From Acidobacteriota bacterium (lineage in GTDB: Bacteria > Acidobacteriota > UBA6911), in NCBI GenBank assembly GCA_963664705.1, contig OY761556.1, positions 5,280,001 to 5,344,000 on the forward strand: a DNA stretch of 64,000 nt. The letters run 5' to 3'. The notes beneath the pieces were generated by a model. It was not told where the DNA came from. It was given only the letters and a program-made list of their open reading frames with translations, and made no database searches. Numbering within the stretch: position 1 is the first letter of the stretch; the number at the start of each line of letters is the position of its first letter. Positions 41,760 through 50,982 of this stretch are shown piece after piece. Position numbers and translations under genes: made by a program.

Positions 41760-42728
41760 ATGCGTCGCTTGTATGCCTTCACTGTCATTCTGTGCATTTC
41801 GTTAACCTTGGCGAATGCTCAAACCAAACCGCGCGTGGCGGTCATGGATTTTGATTACGCCACCGTGCAAGATGTCAGCGCTTCCATTTTTGGGACCAAT
41901 GTTGATATTGGAAAGGGCATTACCGATTTGCTGGTCGAAAAGCTGGTGAATGGCGGTTCGTTCTCCGTCATCGAACGAAAGGCGCTCGACAAGATTATGA
42001 CAGAGCAGAACCTATCGAACAGCGATCGATTCGACAGCACATCGGCGGCCAAGATCGGCCGATTGCTCGGAGTGGATGCGATTATCACCGGCAGCATCAC
42101 TCAATTCGGCCGCGATGATAAGAACACCAATATCGGTGGCGGCGCAGTCGGAGGCATTACGCGCCGGTTCGGAGTAGGGGGCGTCGGGAAAAAGGAATCA
42201 AAGGCAGCTGTCGGAATCACCGCGCGCATTATCAACACGGATACCGCTGAAATTCTGAGTGTTGCGACCGGGAAAGGTGAATCAAAGCGCTCCGGAGCCA
42301 CCCTGCTTGGCGCTGGCGGCAGTTCCGATACTGCGGCTGGCGGCATTGTCGATATGCGCAGCAGCAATTTTGCCAATACAATCCTGGGAGAAGCGGTCGG
42401 GCAGGCAGTCGCTTCTGTGGCAACGCAGCTCCAGGGGAATGCGAGCCGGCTTCCCGCACGTGTGGTAAAGATCGACGGCCTGGTTGCGGATGCAACGGGC
42501 GGGGTTCTGATCCTGAATGTAGGCAGTCGGGCTGGAGTGAAGGTAGGGGACAAGTTATCGGTTGTGCGCACGGGACGTGAGGTGCGCGATCCGGCCACCG
42601 GCAAGGTAATTCGGCGGGTTGAGGAAGCGCTGGGAGATGTCGTGATTACGGAGGTCGATGACCTTTCCTCCGTCGGCAAATACACGGGAGCCAATCCCGC
42701 AAAGGTAGGCGATCGAGTTCATAATTGA
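41760..42728 (+). CDS. CsgG/HfaB-family exported protein with FlgT-like C-terminal beta domain
   Basis: Sec signal (ANA/Q), RVAVMDFD, FSVIERKALDKIMTEQ, KIGRLLGVDAIITGSITQFG; C-terminal LNVGSRAGVKVGD...DPATG. Confidence 0.85.
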   Translation: MRRLYAFTVILCISLTLANAQTKPRVAVMDFDYATVQDVSASIFGTNVDIGKGITDLLVEKLVNGGSFSVIERKALDKIMTEQNLSNSDRFDSTSAAKIGRLLGVDAIITGSITQFGRDDKNTNIGGGAVGGITRRFGVGGVGKKESKAAVGITARIINTDTAEILSVATGKGESKRSGATLLGAGGSSDTAAGGIVDMRSSNFANTILGEAVGQAVASVATQLQGNASRLPARVVKIDGLVADATGGVLILNVGSRAGVKVGDKLSVVRTGREVRDPATGKVIRRVEEALGDVVITEVDDLSSVGKYTGANPAKVGDRVHN

Positions 42729-42739
42729 TACGAGGGCGT

Positions 42740-44467
42740 ATGGGCTACGAAATCGGTTCTCGAGTCGGTGATTACGAAATACTGGAGATTCTGGGCGCTG
42801 GAGGCATGGGCCGCGTGTATAGAGTCCGAAATGTAATTTCGGACCGCGTTGAGGCCATGAAGGTTCTGCTGCCGGATCTGGAGGGGAATCCGGGTCTCGC
42901 GGACCGTTTCATGCGCGAGATCAAAGTGCAGGCAAGTTTGGATCACCCGAACATTGCCGCGCTGTACACCGCACAGCGAATAGAAAATCAGCTCATTATG
43001 TTAATGGAGTTTGTCGAAGGAACTACGCTCGACAAACTGATGGAATCGGGACCCATTGCTATCGACAAGGCGGCGGACTATATCGCGCAGGTGCTATCGG
43101 CGCTTGCCTATGCGCATGCACGGGGTGTGGTTCATCGCGATCTCAAACCTGCCAACATGATGGTGACCGGGAGCGGCCTGGTCAAGCTGATGGATTTTGG
43201 AATAGCCAAAATGACGGCGGACAGAAAACTCACCCAAACCGGGAGCACGGTCGGATCGCTGTATTACATGTCTCCCGAGCAGATTCAGGGAGCTGTCGAT
43301 CTGGATCCGCGCTCAGATCTTTATTCGCTGGGTGTCTCACTGTATGAAATTGTCACGGGAGCCAGGCCTTTCCAGGGTGACAGCGAATATTCGATCATGG
43401 CCGCGCACCTTCAAAGCAATCCGCCTCCCCCGATTCAGATTTCACCGAAACTTCCGGCAGGGCTGAATGAGATTATCCTTCAGGCTCTCGAAAAGGATCC
43501 GGCCCGGCGATTTCAGACAGCGGACGCATTCAGAAACGCTTTGCTGTATGTCTGCAAAGGCGGGCAGGGAGCGGCCGTTGCGCCGTCGCCAGTGGCTCCG
43601 CCGCAACCGGCCAAAAAGGCGGACCCCGTTCCTCCGGCCAAACCGCAAGTTCCCCCTGCTCCTGTCGCGCCATCCGGCCGTTCTCATCGCGGGCTATGGA
43701 TCGCGGTTGGCGCTGTTCTTGCGATTGCCGTGATTGTTGTGGCCGCAATGCAGATCCCAAAGTTCCGGCGCACGGCGGCGGAAACTGGGCAGGCTCAGCC
43801 TCCGATAGCAAGCCAGGCTGCGGATCCGCCGGTTGTGCAAACAACAACGACCACAGCCGCCGAAACGCAGCCTTTGACGACAGAAAACACCGCCACACCG
43901 GCAACGACACAAACTCCGCCGTCCGCTCCTCCGGCTCAGCTTTCCACCGCGGCCAGCCAGACCGCCGAGTCAGTGAAGGTAGCCAAGCCGCCGGCCGCGG
44001 CTCGCGTCGCGACGGTACAGCCCGTGAGAACAGGCCGTGCAATTCAGGAATCTGTGGCGGTCCGATCGAACCCACCGGCGGTCACTTCTTTTGCCGAGCC
44101 GCCGGCAGTCTCCAGCTCGGCCAGACAGGAACCTCCGCAACAAACCTATCAGCAGACTCCGTCTAATCCGCCCGCTCCTGCGGAGGATCCGGCAATCGCG
44201 GAGCGACTGAAGGAAGTGAACGAGCAGTTAGACATGTTGGGAGTAAGGGCAGGCACGGTCCGGGGCAGCCTTGAGGCGTTGCGTAAGCAACAGGCAATGT
44301 CCGGACTTGGGTTGAGAGCCGATATGGCCAATGCCGCCCAGCGGATGGAAATGTTTATGAGTCAGACGCAAAGTGCGCTCAAGCGGCGGGACGCGGATGC
44401 AGCAAAGAAAAACCTGGATTCCGCGGAACGCGAAGTTTCCAAGCTCGAAAATTTTCTACACAAATAG
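42740..44467 (+). CDS. Membrane Hanks-type Ser/Thr protein kinase
   Basis: LGAGGMG, AMK, HRDLKPAN, DFG, GSLYYMSPE; TM; Pro/Thr-rich linker; C-terminal helical domain. Confidence 0.93.
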   Translation: MGYEIGSRVGDYEILEILGAGGMGRVYRVRNVISDRVEAMKVLLPDLEGNPGLADRFMREIKVQASLDHPNIAALYTAQRIENQLIMLMEFVEGTTLDKLMESGPIAIDKAADYIAQVLSALAYAHARGVVHRDLKPANMMVTGSGLVKLMDFGIAKMTADRKLTQTGSTVGSLYYMSPEQIQGAVDLDPRSDLYSLGVSLYEIVTGARPFQGDSEYSIMAAHLQSNPPPPIQISPKLPAGLNEIILQALEKDPARRFQTADAFRNALLYVCKGGQGAAVAPSPVAPPQPAKKADPVPPAKPQVPPAPVAPSGRSHRGLWIAVGAVLAIAVIVVAAMQIPKFRRTAAETGQAQPPIASQAADPPVVQTTTTTAAETQPLTTENTATPATTQTPPSAPPAQLSTAASQTAESVKVAKPPAAARVATVQPVRTGRAIQESVAVRSNPPAVTSFAEPPAVSSSARQEPPQQTYQQTPSNPPAPAEDPAIAERLKEVNEQLDMLGVRAGTVRGSLEALRKQQAMSGLGLRADMANAAQRMEMFMSQTQSALKRRDADAAKKNLDSAEREVSKLENFLHK

Positions 44468-44484
44468 GAAGGCAATATTCTGCA

Positions 44485-44530
44485 ATGCGCGAAATCCACA
44501 GCAACCGGATCAGCTGTGGATTTCGCGCAT
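44485..44530. terminator. Perfect 18-bp hairpin between convergent genes
   Basis: atgcgcgaaatccacagc-N10-gctgtggatttcgcgcat. Confidence 0.7.
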
Positions 44531-44545
44531 GGAACGAGCGCTTTT

Positions 44546-45349
44546 TCAGGACTCCCAGGGAACCGGCGGCGGCTGCCACATGACTGATACGGCATCCTGG
44601 GTCGCATAATCGGAATCCACTTTTGCCCCACCAATCCAATTGTCGCCACGATACTGCCAGACTTTTACCATCCCAAAATGGCCTGCATCGGGAGCATCCG
44701 GTACCCAGGGACCGGGGTCTGTAAAATTGCCGCGATGCGGGCTGAAAGACCAGATCCATGCTCTCTGGCTGATATTGGGGACTCGGACCCAGTTTGTTTG
44801 AATGATGGCCGCTTCAATGGCACCGAAACGCTCGACCAGCAGTTCCGGGTACGTCATCAGCACAAGCGCATTGACATAGGTCTGTTTCAGCGTGCAGTAC
44901 AGACCTGCCTGGTATGCGCTCATACCAAACACGGAGGACCACCACCCAAGAATCCAGGCTGGAGTTACATTGGGCCAGGAAGGTTCAATGTCCGCCCATA
45001 TATACACACCGGGAGGAATCCCCAGAGTGGAAGCCGCATTGATGGCATCAAGTCCATCCTGAATGCCATCCATAAAGGTGCCCCTCCAGGCAATTCCTCT
45101 GCGCTGGTAAACCGTGCGGTTATAAATGGGCAGGATAGCGCATCCATTTTGAAAGAGGTAATTCACTTCGGCGGTGGTTAGAGTACTCTTGTCTCCGGAA
45201 GCATTGGGTGTTCGGATATAACGTCCCCAATATGCGGGTTTCTTCTTTTTCCGAACCTGGTCAAAAAGCGTCAAGTTGGAGGTTGATTGCCAGGTGGCCG
45301 GTGTAACGGAATCTACTCCCCAGTGGGGATCTGTGATCCATTGTCCCAT
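44546..45349 (-). CDS. DUF1906/Rv2525c-like (GH25-related) glycoside hydrolase, no signal peptide
   Basis: WGVDS, YWGRY, LTTAEV, ILPIYN, G..DG..A...A..LGIPPGVYIWADIE, GLY, VWQY, VDSDYA. Confidence 0.8.
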   Translation of the reverse strand: MGQWITDPHWGVDSVTPATWQSTSNLTLFDQVRKKKKPAYWGRYIRTPNASGDKSTLTTAEVNYLFQNGCAILPIYNRTVYQRRGIAWRGTFMDGIQDGLDAINAASTLGIPPGVYIWADIEPSWPNVTPAWILGWWSSVFGMSAYQAGLYCTLKQTYVNALVLMTYPELLVERFGAIEAAIIQTNWVRVPNISQRAWIWSFSPHRGNFTDPGPWVPDAPDAGHFGMVKVWQYRGDNWIGGAKVDSDYATQDAVSVMWQPPPVPWES

Positions 45350-45468
45350 ACAATGCCCTCTCTCGCCTGTCTGGTAATGCAATAAACTTAGTAGAACAAA
45401 TCAATGCTGGTTAGCGGCAGTGTAGGAAAAGATATCTATAAAAGCAACAGAGTATACAGAGATTCTGC

Positions 45469-46986
45469 TTATAGTTGCGGGGTAAGGAAGCCTCTCCGGA
45501 TCAGCGCCTGAACAATGCTCAGGCAACCGCCTGAAACAGTTTCGAAAGGTACATTTGCATCCTTGGCCAGGGCTGAGATCAGGTCGCGCAAGGGCGTCGT
45601 GCCATCGCAGGTACGGATCAGGTTGGCAATACGGAGGTCCATTACCGCCGAGAACTGAAAACCTCCGATTTGACGAAGCTGGTATTGGCCGGCTTCCCAC
45701 GCGGATCCATTCCAGGTTCGCGAAGTTTCTATGGCAACGGAAGGAGCGATACCCACTCTGCAATTCAGCAGGTCGGCGCCAAGGCTGTCTACGATATCTG
45801 TCGCTTCGAAATATCGCGCCACGGCTTCTCCAAATTGGGTTGGCGTGCGAGGCGGAAGAGATTCCAGGTGTACCCAATTGGAACTTGCCGTTCTCTTGCG
45901 CAGGGCCAGGAGTCCTTCCGAGATTGATACAACATTCCTTCCTGTAAAATAATCAATGTAGTTATCGTAACCTGCTTGCTGTATTGCCGGATCGAGCATC
46001 TCGGTATCGTGCATGGTTTCTTCGGAATGTTCGTGGATGTCCTTGATTCGCATGTGGAGCAGAAGGACGTCGCACGAGAGGTTCTGCACGGCATCCAGAA
46101 TGCGTTCTTTCCATTCTGCCCCGGCTATATTGGGCCATTCCAGGGTGCACTGAAAAATGCCGCCCTCATTTAGGTAGGCGGGCGCTTCGGCGATGATTTG
46201 CCGGCAAAAGCCGTCGAGTTCGATGCCACTGTCGCGGAAAGAGTAATGGGATGCCGGACCAATGATGCAAGGCGGATTGGCGGTAATAAGATCAAAAGAG
46301 CATCCGGCAACCGGCTCAAAGAGGCTTCCGGTAGCAAACTGAATGTTGGATATTCCATTGAGGCGGGCATTGAACGTGGCCAGTTGAATGGCTCTCGGAT
46401 TGAGGTCTGTTGCGACAATCTGTTCGCTGGATTGGGCGGCAAGGAATCCCAGGATTCCGCATCCCGTGCAGAGATCAAGCACGCGAGCGAACCGTCGGGG
46501 CACCATAAAACGGGCGAGCGTGGCCGAGCTGTTGGTTGCGCTGTTGACATAATCGGAATCGGCGCCGCAATCCAGGAGCTCGGGTTTTTCGGATGCAAGC
46601 AACAGGCCCTCAATGACGCTGATGGCAACAAGCGCTTCCACCTGATCCCCATCGATACAAAGCAATCCGGCATCGCACCATTCTTCTATCGGGATTGGTT
46701 GGAGCGTCTCTCGAGCGGCGGTCAGCGAAACAGGAACGCCCAGGAGAAACAGGCGAGCCAGCGTATTCAGCTTAGTTTTCTCAGAAGTCAATCGAAGCAG
46801 GCGGGGAAGATTCTGGCCGCCGCGCGCGCGCAGCTCAATCACTTCAGAAGTTTTCTCGGGCGAGGGCGGAAGATAGCCCGATTCCACGAAGGCCTGACGG
46901 AACCTTGTTGCCTGAGACAGGGAAATGGCCGCAATCTTTTGTGTGTCCGCTCGTTTCAGTTGTGCCTGCGATGGTTGAGTTTCCAT
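45469..46986 (-). CDS. Class I SAM methyltransferase (HemK/MTS-like) with C-terminal PqqD-like winged helix; paralogue of 30765..32276
   Basis: RVLDLCTGCG, FNARLNG, FDLITANPPC; C-terminal LIRTCDGTTPLRDLISALA...LIRRGFL. Confidence 0.85.
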   Translation of the reverse strand: METQPSQAQLKRADTQKIAAISLSQATRFRQAFVESGYLPPSPEKTSEVIELRARGGQNLPRLLRLTSEKTKLNTLARLFLLGVPVSLTAARETLQPIPIEEWCDAGLLCIDGDQVEALVAISVIEGLLLASEKPELLDCGADSDYVNSATNSSATLARFMVPRRFARVLDLCTGCGILGFLAAQSSEQIVATDLNPRAIQLATFNARLNGISNIQFATGSLFEPVAGCSFDLITANPPCIIGPASHYSFRDSGIELDGFCRQIIAEAPAYLNEGGIFQCTLEWPNIAGAEWKERILDAVQNLSCDVLLLHMRIKDIHEHSEETMHDTEMLDPAIQQAGYDNYIDYFTGRNVVSISEGLLALRKRTASSNWVHLESLPPRTPTQFGEAVARYFEATDIVDSLGADLLNCRVGIAPSVAIETSRTWNGSAWEAGQYQLRQIGGFQFSAVMDLRIANLIRTCDGTTPLRDLISALAKDANVPFETVSGGCLSIVQALIRRGFLTPQL

Positions 46987-47083
46987 TCAGTGACAATAAG
47001 ACAAGTTCGGATATCCCGCCACGAAAATCGGGGAGGTTGTGCTTGTTGCCCGGGTTCTCCGATTTCGAGCTGATTCTGGTCCC

Positions 47084-47113
47084 TTGACTATGGTTTAGGC
47101 CAAGGTCTATAGT
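47084..47113 (+). promoter_or_regulatory. Sigma70-like promoter of the CoA-transferase gene
   Basis: TTGACT-N18-TATAGT, about 30 bp upstream of the GGAGG RBS and ATG. Confidence 0.45.
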
Positions 47114-47142
47114 GGCGGTCTTTCTTTTTCCGGAGGAAAACC

Positions 47143-48342
47143 ATGTCTGGACCTTTAACCGGTGTTCGGGTTGTAGAAATTACAATGTTTCAGCAGGGGC
47201 CGAAAGCTGGAGCGCGCCTGGGTGATCTTGGTGCCGATGTCATCAAGGTTGAACCTAAAGAGGGCGATCCGGCGCGCGGTTTTATGCGCCTGATTGGCGC
47301 CACCGCTGGTCTCAAAGGCCCGAATTATTATTTTGAAAGCCACAACCGAAACAAGCGAAGCATCGCCATGAACCTCAAGTCAAAACAGGGGATGGAAGTT
47401 TTCCTGAAGCTGATTGACAATGCGGATGTATTCGTCACAAACATGAGTATCGACGCGCCGATCAAAATGGGAATTGGGCCGGAAGTCCTATTGAAAAGGA
47501 ATCCGCGCCTCATCTATGCGCACTCTTCAGGGTGGGGCAGAAAAGGCCCCGACGCCAGTGAGCTTTCTTTTGACTATACCGGGATTGCCCGCTCCGGATT
47601 CATGATGTGTGCTGGTGAGCGCAACAGTCCGCCCTCCTCCATGCTGCCAGGGATGGGTGATGAGATGGGTGGTCTGATGCTGGCTTGGGGAGTTACGGCG
47701 GCTCTGTATGCAAGAGAGAAAACCGGGAAAGGCCAGGTAGTGGATACATCCCTGATGGGAAGCATCATTGCACTTGCCGGTCTGATTATGGATGCGCCGG
47801 CTATGCTTGGCCAGGAATTTCCCCGGGATTCCCGTGCAGATGCCGGTAACCCCATGTACAACCATTATCGGTGCCGAGATGAAAAGTGGATTGCCGTGGC
47901 GCACCTGCAGCCGGACCGTTATTGGCCGCCATTCTGCAAAGCCATGGAAATCGCTGATTTGGAACAGGACCCGCGGTTCAACACCTTGGAGGCCCGAGGA
48001 AAGAACTCCACAGAGCTGGTTCGTATTCTGGATGAAAAGTTTGCCTCCAAGACTCGGGAAGAATGGATCAAACAGTTGAAGGATGGCGGCTGTATCTGCA
48101 CGCCGGTCCAGACCCCGCTGGAAGTAAGTCGGGATCCGCAGGCTTTTGCGAACAACTACTTTATTGAAGTCGATCATCCATCCATGGGTAAGACGAGAAT
48201 GGTCGGGTTCCCTTGGGATTTCAGCGAAACGCCGGCTTCATGGCGCAAGCCAGCTCCGGGACTAGGTCAGCACACCGATGAGATTCTGGACGAATTGGGA
48301 TACTCGAAAGAAGAGGCTGCCAAGCTGAAGGAAAACATGTAG
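47143..48342 (+). CDS. Family III (CaiB/BaiF) CoA-transferase
   Basis: PLTGVRVVE, LGDLGADVIKVEP, NRNKRS, NPRLIYA, SFD active-site Asp, APGLGQHTDEIL. Confidence 0.94.
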   Translation: MSGPLTGVRVVEITMFQQGPKAGARLGDLGADVIKVEPKEGDPARGFMRLIGATAGLKGPNYYFESHNRNKRSIAMNLKSKQGMEVFLKLIDNADVFVTNMSIDAPIKMGIGPEVLLKRNPRLIYAHSSGWGRKGPDASELSFDYTGIARSGFMMCAGERNSPPSSMLPGMGDEMGGLMLAWGVTAALYAREKTGKGQVVDTSLMGSIIALAGLIMDAPAMLGQEFPRDSRADAGNPMYNHYRCRDEKWIAVAHLQPDRYWPPFCKAMEIADLEQDPRFNTLEARGKNSTELVRILDEKFASKTREEWIKQLKDGGCICTPVQTPLEVSRDPQAFANNYFIEVDHPSMGKTRMVGFPWDFSETPASWRKPAPGLGQHTDEILDELGYSKEEAAKLKENM

Positions 48343-48349
48343 GTATCGG

Positions 48350-48394
48350 TTGTCAGCCGTCAGCATTGCCAAGGTTTTGCTGACGGCTGGCAAT
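48350..48394. terminator. Hairpin between convergent genes
   Basis: ttgtcagccgtcagca...tgctgacggctggcaa. Confidence 0.6.
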
Positions 48395-48411
48395 TATCAA
48401 TCGCGTCAGAA

Positions 48412-49698
48412 TTATTCACGAACGACAGGAATGATCATTCCGCCCGAAGGAAGAATCGTGACATCGGCGCGTGGAAGCTTCTTCCTGACCTGCTCAATCG
48501 CCTCCTGCACATTTCGCGCGTAACCGAAATTCATCAACTCCACCTGCTCGCGAGTCAATCCTTCCGTCGCATGAATGACGTTGTATTGCTCCGCGATTTC
48601 CTTAAACGGAACACCCAGCATAAAAAAGGAAATGCCGAACGGCTTGAGAGCGTCCGGAATATCTCCGCGCAGCAATCGACGGTGATAGTCATTGGCACTC
48701 TTGGCCTGCGCCATCTGCTCGATCAGGAACATGAGAGGGCCAGGCTGGTTTTCCTTGGCCAACCAGATAATGGTGCCTCCGGTTTTCGCGGCAAGTCTGG
48801 CATTGAGGAGCGATTTGCTTGCCTGAACGCCCGGCTCCAGGGGAGAGGCGGATGTGATGACGACGTCGGCCGGTTTTGGAAGGAAAACCTGGTAAAGCGA
48901 AAGGGAGTGCCTGGCCGCTTCCTTGTGTTCCTCGACGGGATCCCCCGCAAAAGTGCGAATGACCTGATCGAGTTCGTTCATCAGGAAATCCACCTTGAAG
49001 GACAATCCTCCAAGTCGCGCGATCTCGACCTCCTCTTCGTACCACATATTTCCGTCCAGGATGCTGAGCTTGCAGGTCTTGTTCCGAAGCCAGGAGTAAT
49101 GATGCTCCCCGATGGTCCGGTACGATGAAACTCCGGGAAGAAGGATTTTGCATCCGCCGCTGAAGCCGGAATAGGGGTGAGGCATACAGGTTCCGATGCC
49201 GATCACCAGGTCTGCTTCAGCGACATTCCTGTTTATTTCCACAACCGTCCCGCGGCTGGTTCTTCCTACAAACACATTTTCCGAGGATTGGGCATCGTGG
49301 ATTAGAACACGGCCGGCAAGTCGGGCCAGCACCTCTTTGCCAACCTTCTTTTCCAGCTGCTCGGGGGTTGGCGCGGGATGCGTTCCTCTGGCGCAAATCG
49401 CCGTGATGCGCTCGTCCAGGACTCCAGCTTTATTCAGACGATTCAGGACGGCCGGAATGGCCAGAGCCGCCGGAGTGGGTCGCTGCATATCGTCGAACAG
49501 GATCGTTACCTTCATTCCGGGACGCGCAAGCTTTTCCAGCGGAGCGGTTCCGATCGGATTGTCCAGGGCGCGCTCAATCTCGCCGGAGATGTCCTCAACC
49601 ACCGGCGCCTTTGCGCAATCCGCGGCACTGATTACATTCCACTCTGAAGGAACAGAAAAATGAATTTTGCTTCCATCTTGATTCAGGTAGTATTCCAT
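48412..49698 (-). CDS. LarA-family nickel-pincer 2-hydroxyacid racemase/epimerase
   Basis: ALDNPIG, DDMQRPTP, ARGTH, HD, PHPYSGFSGGCK, QASK. Confidence 0.88.
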   Translation of the reverse strand: MEYYLNQDGSKIHFSVPSEWNVISAADCAKAPVVEDISGEIERALDNPIGTAPLEKLARPGMKVTILFDDMQRPTPAALAIPAVLNRLNKAGVLDERITAICARGTHPAPTPEQLEKKVGKEVLARLAGRVLIHDAQSSENVFVGRTSRGTVVEINRNVAEADLVIGIGTCMPHPYSGFSGGCKILLPGVSSYRTIGEHHYSWLRNKTCKLSILDGNMWYEEEVEIARLGGLSFKVDFLMNELDQVIRTFAGDPVEEHKEAARHSLSLYQVFLPKPADVVITSASPLEPGVQASKSLLNARLAAKTGGTIIWLAKENQPGPLMFLIEQMAQAKSANDYHRRLLRGDIPDALKPFGISFFMLGVPFKEIAEQYNVIHATEGLTREQVELMNFGYARNVQEAIEQVRKKLPRADVTILPSGGMIIPVVRE

Positions 49699-49867
49699 AG
49701 CATCCCCGCCTTTCTGCAAAGCGCCTAATTATATACCGGATTTATCCTGAAATGCCGCAACTCGCAGTCGGTCACAAAGGCGGCCGCTTTGCGCAGGGAG
49801 CTTATTTTCCCTTGACAGCCCCTTGCGGAGCTTAATATGGTTTGCGTTTCTCGTGAGGTGTAACTTG

Positions 49868-50842
49868 TTGAGCACAAAACCGAAACAGCTCGCAGTGATC
49901 GGCGCCGGACCCATTGGTGGAATCCTCACGGCCCATCTTTGCGCTCTAGGCCACAGAGTTTGCCTTGTGGATGCCTGGAAGGAGCATATTGCGAGCATTC
50001 GTACTCACGGGCTGCGAATCACCGGGAAAGAAGAGCTGCAGGCAAGGCCCGCGTATCTATTTGATTCTATTGAAGCCCTTTCTGATATCGCACCGGAATT
50101 CGTTTTCATCTGTACGAAAGGTTGCGATCTTGATACTGTGATAAGCCAAGTGAGCGATGCGCTCAAGCGATCGGCTGTGTTCCTTTGTTTCCAGAACGGC
50201 ATTGATACCGAGCAAGTGGTTGTTCGGCACATTGAACGCGGGCGGGTCCTGCGGGCTGTGCTTAGTTATGCCGGTGTTCTAACGGGCCCCGGCGAGATCC
50301 GGGAGAGTTTTTTTACACCACCGAATTATCTGGGCTGGCTTGATGACAAGGGGGAAGAGTCTTGTAGGGAAATCGCCGCAATGCTGTCGGAAAGCGGGCT
50401 GGCGACTGAAGCCACGGGCGAAATCAGCCGCTATGAGTGGCGGAAGACGATTCTGAATACTTGTACGATGGCAATTGGGGCTGTAACCGGACTGAATATC
50501 GAGGAAATGGTGCAATTTCCTCCCACAGCTCAGCTGGTAGAGCTTTTGCTTCAGGAATCGATTGCGGTGGCGGCTGCATATGGGTTTGAATATGGGCCAG
50601 GATTTGTCGAAATGGTGAGGCATTTTAACCAGCATGCCGGGCCGCACAAACCTTCAATGCTGGTGGATCTTGAAAACCGGCGTAAGACGGAGAATGCTTT
50701 TCTTGTTCGGCGGATTGCAGAATATGCCGAGTTGAAAGGAATGGCGGCCCCAGTGCATCGTTCGATGGCGAATATCATCGATGCCCTGGAGATGCGTGGC
50801 CTTGAGCTGCGTCGCTTACAGCAGGCTGGACAGGATCAGTAA
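49868..50842 (+). CDS. Ketopantoate reductase family (PanE/ApbA) 2-oxoacid reductase
   Basis: VIGAGPIGG, CTK, FQNGI, WRKTILN, HKPSMLVDL...TE; GAGGTG RBS before TTG 49868. Confidence 0.88.
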   Translation: MSTKPKQLAVIGAGPIGGILTAHLCALGHRVCLVDAWKEHIASIRTHGLRITGKEELQARPAYLFDSIEALSDIAPEFVFICTKGCDLDTVISQVSDALKRSAVFLCFQNGIDTEQVVVRHIERGRVLRAVLSYAGVLTGPGEIRESFFTPPNYLGWLDDKGEESCREIAAMLSESGLATEATGEISRYEWRKTILNTCTMAIGAVTGLNIEEMVQFPPTAQLVELLLQESIAVAAAYGFEYGPGFVEMVRHFNQHAGPHKPSMLVDLENRRKTENAFLVRRIAEYAELKGMAAPVHRSMANIIDALEMRGLELRRLQQAGQDQ

Positions 50843-50982
50843 TGAAAATCGGGAACATCCCGCTCGCTTGCCTGGCTTTTGGCAAAGCCAGGTTGCGGCT
50901 GGAGTTTCAAGACCAGCCAACGAGCGGCATATGCTACGATTTTCGGTTTAGTTTTTAACACTTTTCAGACAGGAGTCAGGGA

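Noticed and set aside
44485-44530. DnaA-box-like AAATCCACA/TGTGGATTT pair
   Set aside because: These are the two arms of one terminator hairpin, far from oriC.
30765-46986. Methyltransferases as DNA restriction-modification enzymes
   Set aside because: NPPY-like motifs are shared with HemK-type protein MTases; there are no nuclease or specificity genes, and the domain layout fits protein/peptide MTases better.
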